NCBI RefSeq assembly: GCF_004010195.1
Contig: NC_057718.1
Location: 96,147,049-96,211,048 of the forward strand
Direction: 5' to 3'
DNA length: 64,000 bases
From: Chiloscyllium plagiosum
Taxonomy: Eukaryota
The notes beneath the pieces are model-generated. The model saw nothing but the letters and a program-made list of their open reading frames with translations. It did no database searches and had not been told where the DNA came from. The translations under genes were made by a program, and so were the position numbers. The stretch's first letter is position 1. The number at the start of each line of letters is the position of its first letter. Positions 62,899 through 64,000 of this stretch are shown piece after piece.

Positions 62899-63818
62899 TA
62901 TTTATTTATTTATTTCCCCACACTACCACCTAAGTGCGGTTGTGTTTAATTTTCCCCAGCACCCGTGTCGTGTGTGTGTGCAGGTGGAGGACACTGTGAA
63001 AACTAACGGGTGTACAAATCTTTATTAATATTGTACCACCAGGAAGAAAGGAGAGAGCAGAGTAGCCAGTGACAAGTGGTGCCTTTCACATCAAAGGGCA
63101 ATGCTGTTTGATAAACCCATTTTTCTTTCTTTTAGACACAAGGTGCATGAATCTTTATTCAGTTTCCACCACCAGGAAGCAAGGAAAACACCCGAGTGGC
63201 CAGTGACAAGCCGTGCCCTTCACATCAAAGGGCAATGCTGTGTGATCAAACAGTGAAGGGGAGGGAAGGGATTAAATCAAAATAGAGTTGGAGGGGGAAA
63301 TAATGCACTCCACTCCCTGCGGCGCCCACCTCTCCCTGAACAACTCCAGGGAGTTGGTGGACACCGCGTGCTCCTTCTCCAGAGATACCCCGGATGTGTG
63401 GCCTCTATTTTTTTTTTATCTTTATTCAAATTCCACCACCAGGAACATTCACCTTTTTTTTCTTTTAACCCCCACACTACCGGTAGTGCTTATTTTTTCC
63501 CCCGCACCCATGGTGTGTGTGTATATGTGTGAGACACAGTGAAGGACACAAAGTGCACGAATCTTTATTCAAATTCCACCACCAGGAAGATAGGAAAACA
63601 CCCGGGTGGCCAGTGACAAACACTGCCCTTCACATCAAAGGGCAGTGCTGTGTGATCAAAACAGTGAAGGGGAGGGTAGGGACTAAATCAAAACAGAGTT
63701 GGAGGGAGAAATGATGCGCTCCACTCCCTGCAGCGCCCACCTCTCCCTGAACAACTCCAGGGTGTTGGTGGACACTGCGTGCTCCTTCTCCAGAGACACC
63801 CGGGATGTGTGGCCTCTA
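62899..63818 (-). mobile_element. Tandem 5'-truncated Tx1-clade (L1 group) retrotransposon 3' ends
   Basis: Two copies of the ORF end VSLEKEHAVSTN(S/T)LELFRERWA(P/L)QGVE(C/R)IISPSNS(I/V)LI* (stops at 63272-63274 and 63683-63685), a 3'UTR with AATAAA and A-rich tails; at least four units. The Tx1 assignment rests on recalling the F..RW C-terminal motif. Confidence 0.7.
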
Positions 63819-64000
63819 TTGATATGTAAGCAATCAGGGCAACCAATTGATAAATAGAAGGACAGCCAATGAGCAATGATTAGTGCCCTAGGTGGGATTG
63901 GTTGAGGAATACCGATTGGTAGGACACTGGGAAAACTTCCTTCTTTGCATTGATCGATATGATCAGTTATTTCCACATGACAGCACAGATTGGGCCTTCG

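Noticed and set aside
62915..62990. Resemblance of the Tx1 tail (GGTGGTAGTGTGGGG) to the U1 snRNA 3' region
   Set aside because: The match is short, the Sm site AATTTGTG is absent, and the other U1 stems are not visible.
63819..64000. Continuation of the interrupted LTR after the Tx1 pile-up
   Set aside because: Only patchy similarity (TTGATATG...CAGGGC...ACAGCCAAT) to the intact copies; it cannot be supported without an alignment.

Overview
Vertebrate genomic DNA, most likely from a shark (inferred from abundant HE1-type V-SINEs, HER1/CR1 LINE ends and DeuSINE relics), with several N gaps. The only host protein-coding sequence I can support is the last coding exon of BMP2 (2306-3150, +), followed by its AU-rich 3'UTR. 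The remaining ~60 kb is a gene desert dense with CR1 LINEs, several SINE families, Penelope-like termini carrying minimal hammerhead ribozymes (often as palindromes with target-site duplications), three copies of a short solo LTR, and an intron-containing tRNA-Leu(CAA) pseudogene. The most unusual structure is at 61.8-63.8 kb. There a solo LTR is broken at its TATA-like box by a same-orientation pile-up of Tx1-clade retrotransposon 3' ends, bare poly(A) tails and a chimeric element with a tRNA-Val head and a Tx1 tail, with units separated by re-created copies of the LTR target motif. This suggests a sequence-specific LINE/SINE pair that parasitises an LTR family. All family names come from pattern recognition, not database searches, and repeat boundaries are approximate.
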